A stretch of DNA of 64,000 bases from an uncultured Flavobacteriales bacterium (lineage in GTDB: Bacteria; Bacteroidota; Bacteroidia; Flavobacteriales_D; CAJJDF01), in contig CAKZNB010000005.1 in the NCBI GenBank assembly GCA_937129365.1, positions 1,021 to 65,020 of the forward strand, written 5' to 3'. Of this stretch, positions 35,528 to 44,304 are shown one piece after another; positions within the stretch are counted from its first letter, which is position 1, and the number at the start of each line of letters is the position of its first letter. The notes under the pieces were generated by a model. It ran no database searches, was not told the origin of the DNA, and saw nothing but the letters and a program-made list of their open reading frames with translations. The position numbers were made by a program, and so were the translations under genes.

Positions 35528-35545
35528 ACATACTAACTTATAGTA

Positions 35546-36970
35546 TTATTGATTTAAAACTCCCAGAGAATATTTCATTTTTACTTCAGCCTTTCTATTA
35601 TTTGCTAGACTATTTACATATTCTATTTGAGAATAAATATAGTTTTTCTCTCTTGAATTAATCATAAAAATCGAGCTTTCCCCAATATTAAATAGCCTAA
35701 TTTCTGCATCGAGCAATTTTTCATAATTGTTTTGAGTAGAATTATAAAGTAAAGCTTGATTATAAGAAGTATTCCAAAAATTATATGAACTTGTTACTTT
35801 ATACTTTATAAATTGAGATTTATCTGCAAAGCCTGCTTCCATATCTCTTATTTCAAGTTTCGATAATTTTAGCTCTCCCCTTTCTTTTCGGATAAAAATA
35901 GGAAAACTAAATTCTGCTCCCCATTTATAATTGTTTACATTATAAGTGTCAAAAGTATTCTCGAAAGTATTTTCGGCCAACGCATTGTATTTCAATTCAA
36001 TAGTTGGTTTTAGATTTTCTCTGTTTAATCTTAAATCAATCCTTTCAATATCAATCATATAGGCATACTTAACCAATTCTGGGTGTGTTGCAATTAATGA
36101 ATCTGATTGAGAGAAGAGTTGAGAGCTTGCGGCTTTTATAAGCGAAGTATCCAAATCATGAGGCACAACCGTTGAATCAATTTCAAGAGGAATTATTCCT
36201 TCTTGCCATAGATAAATCTCAAGTAAATTGGTATTATTTCTATATTCAAGTAAAGCCTCTTGTAATCCAATTTCTCTGTTCTGAAAAACTATTAGAGATT
36301 CCAACGTATCAATATAGGGCTTATTTCCTAGCATTGCCTCTCTTTTTATTCCAAGAAATCTTGTTTGAGCATTTGATACTGCATTTTGATAAATAGCTAC
36401 TTTATGATAGGATTTGAACCATTCCCAATAAATAATTGATGATTTATATAGCAAATCATTTAGCATTACTTTTTGTTGAGCTTCGGTGCTATTTGCATAA
36501 ATTTTAGCTTTTTTTAGCTCCGCTCTTCGTTCATCAATAAATAGCCCTTTACCAAGATTAACTGAAACTCCTGCATTCCATAGTCCATTAAGTGGGTTTT
36601 TGTTTTCAGGATTTAAAAAAATCCCTTCATTAGTTTGATAACCAGCATCTACAGTAATTCCAAACCATGTAGGGACTTTTACCCCTCCATTAATTAAACT
36701 GTAATATTGTTTATCATCAAAGTACTTTTGTCCAGCAGTACCATATAGTTTTGGATCAAATCCTCCTCTAGACTTCATTATATAAGCTTGCCCCTTTTCA
36801 ATTTGCAAATTGGCTTGTATGGCAACTGGGTGATTACTTTTAATTAAATTAGTGTATTCCTCAAAAGTAAATATTACCTTGTTTTTTTGACCAAAAGATT
36901 GACCAATGAATAACATTAAAAAAACCGCAAAAAACAATGCTTTTCTGTATGTAATAGAGATAATTGTCAT
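35546..36970 (-). CDS. TolC-family outer-membrane channel
   Basis: Signal peptide and the size and two-repeat organisation of OEP-family proteins. It overlaps the upstream HlyD-like gene by 4 nt. Confidence 0.75.
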   Translation of the reverse strand: MTIISITYRKALFFAVFLMLFIGQSFGQKNKVIFTFEEYTNLIKSNHPVAIQANLQIEKGQAYIMKSRGGFDPKLYGTAGQKYFDDKQYYSLINGGVKVPTWFGITVDAGYQTNEGIFLNPENKNPLNGLWNAGVSVNLGKGLFIDERRAELKKAKIYANSTEAQQKVMLNDLLYKSSIIYWEWFKSYHKVAIYQNAVSNAQTRFLGIKREAMLGNKPYIDTLESLIVFQNREIGLQEALLEYRNNTNLLEIYLWQEGIIPLEIDSTVVPHDLDTSLIKAASSQLFSQSDSLIATHPELVKYAYMIDIERIDLRLNRENLKPTIELKYNALAENTFENTFDTYNVNNYKWGAEFSFPIFIRKERGELKLSKLEIRDMEAGFADKSQFIKYKVTSSYNFWNTSYNQALLYNSTQNNYEKLLDAEIRLFNIGESSIFMINSREKNYIYSQIEYVNSLANNRKAEVKMKYSLGVLNQ

Positions 36971-38316
36971 TTTTTAATTCCCTTAAGAGATTTTTGATTT
37001 TTGTAAAAATCTGGTGGAAATCCATTAATATTTCGCCATAATTCATACCAAATTGGCACATCATTGAGTAAAATCATATTGTTTGTACCTCCTCCAAACA
37101 TCAATGCATCAGGCCATTCATGATCTGTAGTATCTGGTTTTACAAGTACTCTGTATTTTCCGTTATCACCTAAAAACATATCCATTGCATATACAGTCCC
37201 GCCATAAGTTCCATAACTGGTATTTGGCCAGCCCGCAAAAACAACTGCAGGCCATCCATCAAATTGAATTCTAACTTCTTGTCCAATTTTTAAAAGAGGT
37301 AAATCAATAGGATCTACAAATAATTCAACAGCCAGCTGGTATTGAGTGGGCATTATTCTTACTAAAGGAGCTCCTTCCTTAATAGTTTCACCTATTCCAG
37401 TATATATCAAACTTGAAATGTAACCATTTTGCGGTGCCAAAATATAATATAAACTATTCCTTTTAGAGTAGTTAGATAACTCATTCATCATTTTTGTAAC
37501 AGTTCCTTCAGAATCAAATTGAGTTGATAGAGTAGAAAAAATTTCGGAATTGACCTTCGCAATATCTGAATCAAATTTTACCTTGATATTTGATAATTCA
37601 ACCTGTGTATTGATTATTTCATTTTGGCTAGTTAACCATTTATTCTGGGTCTCTATTCTGTAAGCTAAAGCTTTTTGTTCTTTTACTCTCCTGTTTTCCA
37701 AATCAGTAAGCGATTTCAAACCTTCTTGATACAAACTATCCATTCTATTAAATTGACTACTTGCAGCTTGATAGTTAGCTATTGCAGCCTGATAATTATT
37801 AGAATCATTTTGTGCCTTTAGCCTAGCTTGCATTAATTTGTTTTTCCCTTGTTGAATTTTTAGTTTTCTCAATTCTTCAAGTGCTCTTTTTTGACCATTT
37901 AACGCTAGCACTTTACTTTTATAAGAGTCTACAGACGAATTCTTTAGATCCATTTGGCTTTGAGTCCTAGAAAGTAGACTAGTATCAAAGAATTTATCTT
38001 TTACTTCAGATAAAAAAGCAATTGTATCTCCTTTTTTCACAAAATCTCCTTCTTGCACATACCATTTTTCTATCCTTCCAGGAATTACTGAATTTATAGT
38101 CTGAGGTCTTTGATCTGGCTTTAAAGTTGTTACACTACCGTTTGTACGAATATTTTGAGTCCAAGGTAGAAATAATAGAATTACTGAAACAATAGAAATA
38201 ATAAACAAAAAACGAATAAATGTTTTTCGAGAACTCTTACTTTCAACTTTCTTTAGAGTCATAAAATTATTTTCATCAACCCTTGATATTATGCTATTTT
38301 TTGAAATATTTAACAT
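36967..38316 (-). CDS. HlyD-family membrane-fusion (periplasmic adaptor) protein
   Basis: A single N-terminal TM helix, a lipoyl-like motif (GRIEKWYVQEGDFVKKGDTIAFL), a long coiled-coil and a beta-barrel C-terminus. Confidence 0.8.
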   Translation of the reverse strand: MLNISKNSIISRVDENNFMTLKKVESKSSRKTFIRFLFIISIVSVILLFLPWTQNIRTNGSVTTLKPDQRPQTINSVIPGRIEKWYVQEGDFVKKGDTIAFLSEVKDKFFDTSLLSRTQSQMDLKNSSVDSYKSKVLALNGQKRALEELRKLKIQQGKNKLMQARLKAQNDSNNYQAAIANYQAASSQFNRMDSLYQEGLKSLTDLENRRVKEQKALAYRIETQNKWLTSQNEIINTQVELSNIKVKFDSDIAKVNSEIFSTLSTQFDSEGTVTKMMNELSNYSKRNSLYYILAPQNGYISSLIYTGIGETIKEGAPLVRIMPTQYQLAVELFVDPIDLPLLKIGQEVRIQFDGWPAVVFAGWPNTSYGTYGGTVYAMDMFLGDNGKYRVLVKPDTTDHEWPDALMFGGGTNNMILLNDVPIWYELWRNINGFPPDFYKNQKSLKGIKK

Positions 38317-38326
38317 GCTCTATAGT

Positions 38327-40036
38327 TTATAATAAATCTTTTATCGTATTATAACTCCCTATCCCTGAAATAGTTCCTTCTTTAATTACTATAATTTTAT
38401 CCATTTTTTCAGCTAAAGCAGAATTTGAGGAAGCTAAAACCAAAGTCCAACATCTATCCTTATGAGTTAAAAAATTTAAAATTCTATTTCTTTCTTCTGG
38501 GGAAATCGCCCCAAAAGCATCTTTAATTAATAATAACTTAGGTTTGTCAGCTATACTCCTTGCTAAAAGTATTTTATCAATAATTCCTTTCGAAAATTTT
38601 TGTCCTCTTGAGTCTATTAAAGTATCATAACCAAGAGGTAATTTTTTTATTTGCTCTTCTAATCCAATATTTTTTACAGCCCATTTAATATTTTCAAAAG
38701 TGGCATTCTCTCTACCCATTTTAATATTATCATATATGGTTCCATCAAACAATAATTCCTCTCTTAAACAATCTCCTATTACATTTCTTAATGTACTTAA
38801 TTTTAAATTTCCTTGAGGTAAATCATTGTAAGTAATATAACCACTTGAAGGAGCATAAAGAGCTGATATCAAGTATAATAAAGTGGACTTTCCTGAGTCA
38901 TTATCTCCAATTAATAATACTTTCTCATTGGGGTTAAGTGAGAAACTTATATCCTTAATAACAGGTTCAGTTTCATCTGTATAACTAAAATTCACTTTAC
39001 TCAACTCAATTTTTAATCCTCCTTCTTCAAGATTCTCAAGAATACAGAGTCCTTCACTTTTTTCAAGTTCTAAATCAGTTACTTGGCCTATTTTTTCAAG
39101 AGAAGTAAGAACATCATATATAGTTTCAAGACTTACGATAAGTTTTTCTACTGAACTTAAAACCAATAAAATAATAATCTCAGCGGCAACAAATTGACCT
39201 ATATTCATTTGCTGTTCCATTACCAATAGACTTCCTATTATTAATAATCCCGCAGCAACTATAGCTTTAAATACAACCAAAAGTGAATACTGTTTTAGCA
39301 GTATTTTAAAATGATTCTCTCTAGCATCAATGTACTTTTCGGTTCTTTCATCAGTAATTTCAAGAGGCAGTGAAGTTTTTCCAGCAAGTTTAAAACTAAT
39401 GTTTGTTCTTGCCATTTCTTGTAACCAATGAGCAACATTGTATTTATTTTTAGACTCTATAAGACTAGTTTGTAGACCAATTTTTGCAGTATATTGAAAA
39501 ATAGCCCAAACTAAGATTACCAAAATCAAACTAAAAATGATAAAGAAAGGATGGTAAAGAGAAAGAAGAATTAACCCAAAAATTACTTGAATAGAGGCGG
39601 AAGAAAAATCGATAAGTATTTTAGATATTCCTTTTTGAACAGAAATAATATCAAAAAATCTATTCATTAACTCTGGAGCATAGTGCTTATATAGTGCAGA
39701 CATCTTTATGTTTGGAATTCTAAATGCAAACTCAAATGCAGCACGAGTAAATAATCTCTGTTGCAAAATTTCAGTAATTTTGAGTTGGCTTATCTGTAAA
39801 ATACCTGAAAATACAATCCCCAAAATTACAAAGGTAACGAGTACAATCCAGGCTGTACTTACTTCTCCACCTTGAATTAGGTTTATAATTGCCTGAATAC
39901 CAATTGGTAAAGAAAGATTTACTAAACCATTAAAAATTGCATATAAATAAACATAGCGTATCTCTTTTTTATCCCTACTCAAAAGTTTCCAAAATCTTTT
40001 GACTGGAGTCAAACTATTTTCCATTGTTTTTGTCAT
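38327..40036 (-). CDS. ABC exporter half-transporter (TMD-NBD) with a degenerate nucleotide-binding domain
   Basis: An N-terminal six-helix exporter TMD. In the NBD, Walker A is GDNDSGKST. The other motifs are non-consensus: Q-loop position R, signature FSKGI, Walker B region LLLIKDA, and H-loop position S (LASSN). Confidence 0.8.
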   Translation of the reverse strand: MTKTMENSLTPVKRFWKLLSRDKKEIRYVYLYAIFNGLVNLSLPIGIQAIINLIQGGEVSTAWIVLVTFVILGIVFSGILQISQLKITEILQQRLFTRAAFEFAFRIPNIKMSALYKHYAPELMNRFFDIISVQKGISKILIDFSSASIQVIFGLILLSLYHPFFIIFSLILVILVWAIFQYTAKIGLQTSLIESKNKYNVAHWLQEMARTNISFKLAGKTSLPLEITDERTEKYIDARENHFKILLKQYSLLVVFKAIVAAGLLIIGSLLVMEQQMNIGQFVAAEIIILLVLSSVEKLIVSLETIYDVLTSLEKIGQVTDLELEKSEGLCILENLEEGGLKIELSKVNFSYTDETEPVIKDISFSLNPNEKVLLIGDNDSGKSTLLYLISALYAPSSGYITYNDLPQGNLKLSTLRNVIGDCLREELLFDGTIYDNIKMGRENATFENIKWAVKNIGLEEQIKKLPLGYDTLIDSRGQKFSKGIIDKILLARSIADKPKLLLIKDAFGAISPEERNRILNFLTHKDRCWTLVLASSNSALAEKMDKIIVIKEGTISGIGSYNTIKDLL

Positions 40037-40167
40037 ATTTTCTGACCTTAAAATACTGTAATGATATTATTGCTCTGCAAAATAATAGTATTACTATCAA
40101 TTTTGCAAGTAATTTAAGTTTTTTATTTTAAAATAATAATCTTATAATTTAGGAATAAATAAAAATT

Positions 40168-40186
40168 ATCAATCAATAATATTGAT
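40168..40186. promoter_or_regulatory. Candidate ArsR operator (inverted repeat ATCAAT-N7-ATTGAT)
   Basis: A perfect 6-bp inverted repeat with a 7-bp spacer lies ~40 bp upstream of the arsR ATG. It sits just upstream of a near-consensus -7 box (TAATATTG, 40204..40211). Confidence 0.4.
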
Positions 40187-40223
40187 TTAAAATTTATTAA
40201 TCGTAATATTGCAATATATAATT

Positions 40224-40559
40224 ATGGGATTAACAAAAACAACTTTATTTACCGAAGAGCAAAATAAAATAGCTCAATTAGCTAAAGCACTAGGACATCC
40301 AGCCCGAATAGCAATTTTGCAACAGATGCTAAATACTAGCTCTTGTATAAATTCTCAATTGGTAGAAGAATTAGGACTTGCACAAGCTACTATTAGTCAG
40401 CATTTGAAAGAACTTAAGTCTATTGGCATTATAAAAGGAACCATTGAAGGAACATCAATGAGTTACTGTATTAACCCCGAAAATTGGACAAAAATTAAAG
40501 AAATATTTAATCAATTATTTAATCAACATGCATGTTGCGGAGGCAATAAATGTTGTTAA
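40224..40559 (+). CDS. arsR: ArsR/SmtB-family metalloregulator with a Cys-rich C-terminal tail
   Basis: The start is set at the ATG at 40224. Winged HTH (LGLAQATISQHLKELKSIGII). The C-terminus reads HACCGGNKCC. It is the first gene of an ars-like operon. Confidence 0.8.
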   Translation: MGLTKTTLFTEEQNKIAQLAKALGHPARIAILQQMLNTSSCINSQLVEELGLAQATISQHLKELKSIGIIKGTIEGTSMSYCINPENWTKIKEIFNQLFNQHACCGGNKCC

Positions 40560-40571
40560 AAACTTACAATT

Positions 40572-41042
40572 ATGAAATTATCAGAATTTAAAAATCAGCT
40601 TACTGGATTAGAAAACTTACAGTTTGAATTACCAAATGGAGAAAGAGTTCCAGCACATTTCCATGTAACCGAAGTGGGGCAAATTACCAAAAAATTTATA
40701 GATTGTGGCGGAACCATAAGAGATGAAAGAGTTGTAAATTTTCAACTTTGGAAAGCCAATGATTATGATCACCGTTTACATCCTGAAAAATTATTAAACA
40801 TCATTAATCTATCTGAAAGTAAACTTGGTATACAAGATGATGAGATTGAAGTAGAATATCAAGGAGACACAATTGGAAAGTATGGAATAGAATTTAAAAA
40901 TGGGATTTTTAACTTAACTTCAACACAAACTGATTGCCTAGCTAAAGATGATTGTGGAATTCCTCCAGCTAAAATAAAAGTATCAATGGCATCTTTATCA
41001 GAGGAATCAACAAGTTGTACTCCCGGAGGCGGATGTTGTTAA
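40572..41042 (+). CDS. Ars-operon-associated protein of unknown function (DUF6428-like) ending in CTPGGGCC
   Basis: It lies between arsR and arsC. The family call is from memory of similar operons. The Cys-rich C-terminus is visible in the sequence. Confidence 0.6.
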   Translation: MKLSEFKNQLTGLENLQFELPNGERVPAHFHVTEVGQITKKFIDCGGTIRDERVVNFQLWKANDYDHRLHPEKLLNIINLSESKLGIQDDEIEVEYQGDTIGKYGIEFKNGIFNLTSTQTDCLAKDDCGIPPAKIKVSMASLSEESTSCTPGGGCC

Positions 41043-41052
41043 TTTTAAATTT

Positions 41053-41661
41053 ATGTTAAACCAAATTAAGCAAATAATCCATGATTTTGACTACTCAAGA
41101 ATTAGCCTGAGTAGAAAAAAAGAATTACACTTATTAATAGATTATTTGACTGATAAATTGAAAAATTATTCAGAGATAAGTCTAGTATTCGTTTGCACAC
41201 ACAATTCCCGAAGAAGTCAATTTGCACAAGTTTGGGCTCAAGTTGCTGCAACTTATTACAATCTTCCTTTTTACTCTTTCTCTGCAGGAACAGAGGTGAC
41301 TGAAGCAAATAAAAGGACTATCTCTTCGCTTGAAAGATTAGGTTTTATTGTATCAAAAGAAGGTAAAGAAAATCCGCATTATGGTGTTAAATATGATGAG
41401 TTAAAAAATGAAATTTTATTATTCTCTAAAGATTTATCTCATTCTTCTTTGCCAAAAAACAATTTTGCAGCAATAATGACTTGTTCACATGCAGATGAGA
41501 ACTGCCCATTTATTTCTAATTGTGATGCTCGAATCCCTTTGCGATATGAAGATCCAAAAGCATTTGACAATACAGAATTGGAAAAAACAAAATATGACGA
41601 AAGAGCCAAAGAAATAGGAATCGAAATATTTTATATTTTTTCACAACTAACTAATAATTAA
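41053..41661 (+). CDS. arsC: LMW-PTP-fold, thioredoxin-coupled arsenate reductase
   Basis: P-loop CTHNSRRS (CX5R-S), plus a downstream Cys pair C-x6-C (TCSHADENC) equivalent to the Cys82/Cys89 relay of pI258 ArsC. Confidence 0.75.
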   Translation: MLNQIKQIIHDFDYSRISLSRKKELHLLIDYLTDKLKNYSEISLVFVCTHNSRRSQFAQVWAQVAATYYNLPFYSFSAGTEVTEANKRTISSLERLGFIVSKEGKENPHYGVKYDELKNEILLFSKDLSHSSLPKNNFAAIMTCSHADENCPFISNCDARIPLRYEDPKAFDNTELEKTKYDERAKEIGIEIFYIFSQLTNN

Positions 41662-42437
41662 TGATTAAAAAATCATTTGGAGAATTATTGGGTACATTTA
41701 TTTTAGTGTTTATTGGTTGTAGTTCCGTAGCAATTTCAACTCTTGGTTTAGCATTAACGAGTTTACTTGAAGTAGCTTTAGTTTGGGGAGGAGGAGTTAC
41801 TTTAGCTATTTATTCGGTAAGAAAAATTTGCCCAGCTCACCTTAATCCTGCTGTAAGTTTAGCAGAATTTATGGAAAAAAAAATTACTCCTCCTACTCTA
41901 CTATCTTTTATTATTTTTCAATTAGTTGGAGCTTTTTTAGCAGGAACCTTAATTTATTTCTTGTTCAATTCTCACATTATGGAATATGAACAAACCAATC
42001 AAATTATCAGAGGTGAACCCGAATCTAGAGTTTCCGCAAGGATGTTTGGCGAATTTTTTGATAATGGTAATTGGTTTGGGAAATTTGGAGATTTAACTAG
42101 TGCAATTTTTGCAGAGGCAATAGGAACTTTTATATTAGTTTTTGTTATCCTAATTATTGGTAATACAAAAAGAAAAATAAGTGTTTTAGCTCCTATTTTA
42201 ATTGGAATAACTATCACATTATTAATACTTTGTTTAGCGCCAATAACTCAAGGAGGGTTTAATCCTGCTCGTGATTTTGGCCCAAGATTAGTGGCCTATT
42301 TTGGAGGTTGGGACAAAGCTGCTTTTCCAGTAATTGAGTATAGTTTTTTTTTGGTATATATTCTTGCTCCTTTTATTGGAGGAGTTTTGGCTACAATGTG
42401 TTATTGGCTGTATAAAAAAATATCCAATACAAAATAG
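41661..42437 (+). CDS. MIP-family channel (aquaglyceroporin-like), last gene of the ars operon
   Basis: Two NPA boxes (HLNPAVS, FNPARD) and six TM helices. Its ATG overlaps the arsC stop (TAATG). Confidence 0.85.
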   Translation: MIKKSFGELLGTFILVFIGCSSVAISTLGLALTSLLEVALVWGGGVTLAIYSVRKICPAHLNPAVSLAEFMEKKITPPTLLSFIIFQLVGAFLAGTLIYFLFNSHIMEYEQTNQIIRGEPESRVSARMFGEFFDNGNWFGKFGDLTSAIFAEAIGTFILVFVILIIGNTKRKISVLAPILIGITITLLILCLAPITQGGFNPARDFGPRLVAYFGGWDKAAFPVIEYSFFLVYILAPFIGGVLATMCYWLYKKISNTK

Positions 42438-42453
42438 TGACCTCAAAACATAG

Positions 42454-42487
42454 CAAAAAAAAGACTTTCATTTCTGAAAGTCTTTTT
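42454..42487. terminator. Bidirectional hairpin terminator
   Basis: Stem agactttca/tgaaagtct with loop tttc, an A-run upstream and a T-run downstream. Confidence 0.8.
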
Positions 42488-42496
42488 AAAATTAAG

Positions 42497-42571
42497 GGTG
42501 GATGATGGGATTCGAACCCACGACCCCCGGCACCACAAACCAGTGCTCTAACCAACTGAGCTACAACCACC
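42497..42571 (-). tRNA. tRNA-His (anticodon GUG) with genome-encoded G-1
   Basis: The reverse complement gives g-gtggttg-ta-gctcagttggttagagc-a-ctggt-ttGTGgt-gccgg-gggtc-gtggg-ttcgaat-cccat-catccac-c. The extra 5' G lies opposite C73. There is one U-U mismatch in the acceptor stem. Confidence 0.85.
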
Positions 42572-42750
42572 ATTTTTTCGGTCTGCAAATATAGATAATT
42601 ATAATTATTTCTTGCAAGTTTTAATCCTAAGATTTTATTCTACTATTTAATTTCGAATTTTATTAAATTTGGCACACTAAATGCATTAGTGTTATCGATG
42701 TGTTAACGCAAGCAACATTATTTAAATCACATCGTAACTATGTATGAACT

Positions 42751-42758
42751 TATTTTTG
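42751..42758 (+). promoter_or_regulatory. Candidate -7 promoter box (TATTTTTG)
   Basis: Matches TAnnTTTG 23 nt upstream of the ATG at 42781. Confidence 0.35.
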
Positions 42759-42780
42759 ATAAAAAATAGAAACTGACCCA

Positions 42781-44250
42781 ATGAAAAAAATAGTATTTAC
42801 TTTTTTAGCGATTTCAATTTATGCGCTATCATTTACACAAACTACATATAAAATTAAGGTAAAAGTAAAAGGAATTACAGATTCTTTGGCTTATTTAGGG
42901 ACTTACACAGGTAAAAATTTATTTTTATATGATACAGCTGTAGTGCAACCAGATGGAAGTTTTATTTTTGAAAACACTGACCTTCCTCATGGTGTTTATG
43001 CTATCATTCCATCAATGAAACCTCCAAAATATTTTGATATATTGGTTAACGAAACTAATATTGAATTAGAAACCACTATAGATAATCTAGCTGGAGATGT
43101 AGTAGTTAAAAAATCTAAAGAAAATAAGCTGTTTTTTAAGTATGTAAGTTTTTTAAGTTCACAAGCAAAGAAAAAAGAACCAATTCTTAAAGAACGAAAA
43201 ACTGCTCAAGACTCAAATGATATTGAAAAAGTAAAAGCACTTGAAAAAGAAATAATAAAAATTGATTCTGCAGTAATTCTTTACCAAAAGAATGTTGCAA
43301 AAAAACATAAGGATAAGTTTTTTGGGAAATTAGTTAATATGTCTGTTGAGATTGATATTCCTGATCCAGATAAAAAAGTAAAAGATTCTAACCAATGGCG
43401 TTATAATTATTGGATGAATAATTTTTGGAACAATGTAGATTTATCTGATGATAGACTAGGTAAGTCAGCTCTTTTCTACAATCAAATGGAAGCTTATTTT
43501 ATGAAAGTAATTCCACAAGTACCCGATTCAATTATCAAGCGAATAGACTGGTTTTTGGCACAACTAAAACCTAATGGATTTATGATGAAATCTGCTATTG
43601 AGTTTTTAGCTTATGCTCATGCCAAAACAAAAATAATGGGGATGGAATCGGTATACGTTCATGTGTGTGACAATTATATTTTAAATGGAAAATCGGAATG
43701 GATTGACAATGGAAGGATTGAAAAACTGAGACCCAAAGTTGATAAACTTAGACCTACTCTTATTGGTAAAATTGCTCCAAACCTAATATTACCAGACTCT
43801 ACTAAAAAGAATTGGATAAATCTTAATAACGTAAGTAATGAATATACAATGCTAATATTTTGGTCTGATGACTGCGGGCATTGTAAAACAGAAATACCAA
43901 AGTTCAAAAAGTTTTATGATAGCATAAAGAAAAATACAAAAATAGATTTAGAAGTATATGCTGTTTGTACAAACATTAAAAATGAAGGATGGATTAAATT
44001 TATAAACGATAAAGACCTCAATTGGATCAATGTCTCTGATTTTCAAGATATGAGAGTAAACCATATGCTCTACTTAAATTCAGGAAAAACAACTTTAAAT
44101 AGTATAAATTATAGAAACATCTATGATGTATATGTAACACCGGTTGCCTATTTATTAGATAAAAACAAAAAGATTATTGCTAAGCAATTTGATTCAGAAC
44201 AAGCTACAGAAATTCTAAAGGTGGTTGAAAGGAATAAAAAAAACAATTAA
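42781..44250 (+). CDS. Secreted thioredoxin-fold (TlpA/redoxin-like) protein with a large N-terminal domain
   Basis: Signal peptide and the CxxC motif WSDDCGHCKTE in a C-terminal thioredoxin-like domain. Confidence 0.75.
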   Translation: MKKIVFTFLAISIYALSFTQTTYKIKVKVKGITDSLAYLGTYTGKNLFLYDTAVVQPDGSFIFENTDLPHGVYAIIPSMKPPKYFDILVNETNIELETTIDNLAGDVVVKKSKENKLFFKYVSFLSSQAKKKEPILKERKTAQDSNDIEKVKALEKEIIKIDSAVILYQKNVAKKHKDKFFGKLVNMSVEIDIPDPDKKVKDSNQWRYNYWMNNFWNNVDLSDDRLGKSALFYNQMEAYFMKVIPQVPDSIIKRIDWFLAQLKPNGFMMKSAIEFLAYAHAKTKIMGMESVYVHVCDNYILNGKSEWIDNGRIEKLRPKVDKLRPTLIGKIAPNLILPDSTKKNWINLNNVSNEYTMLIFWSDDCGHCKTEIPKFKKFYDSIKKNTKIDLEVYAVCTNIKNEGWIKFINDKDLNWINVSDFQDMRVNHMLYLNSGKTTLNSINYRNIYDVYVTPVAYLLDKNKKIIAKQFDSEQATEILKVVERNKKNN

Positions 44251-44275
44251 ACCTTAAATCTCATTCGCGTATTTT

Positions 44276-44283
44276 TTATCTTT
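44276..44283 (+). promoter_or_regulatory. Candidate -7 promoter box (TATCTTTG) for hutU
   Basis: Matches TAnnTTTG 22 nt upstream of the hutU ATG. Confidence 0.35.
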
Positions 44284-44304
44284 GGTTTACAAAGAAAAAA
44301 GGAT

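Noticed and set aside
42391-42588. A 65-aa ORF on the minus strand.
   Set aside because: It is the translation of the tRNA-His gene and the adjacent terminator, not a protein gene.
42674-42734. An imperfect palindrome (acacta-N7-tagtgt) and a 7-bp inverted repeat (cgatgtg-N25-cacatcg) upstream of the 42781 gene.
   Set aside because: The arms are short and the sequence is AT-rich, so chance occurrence is plausible. It matches no structured RNA motif I recognise.
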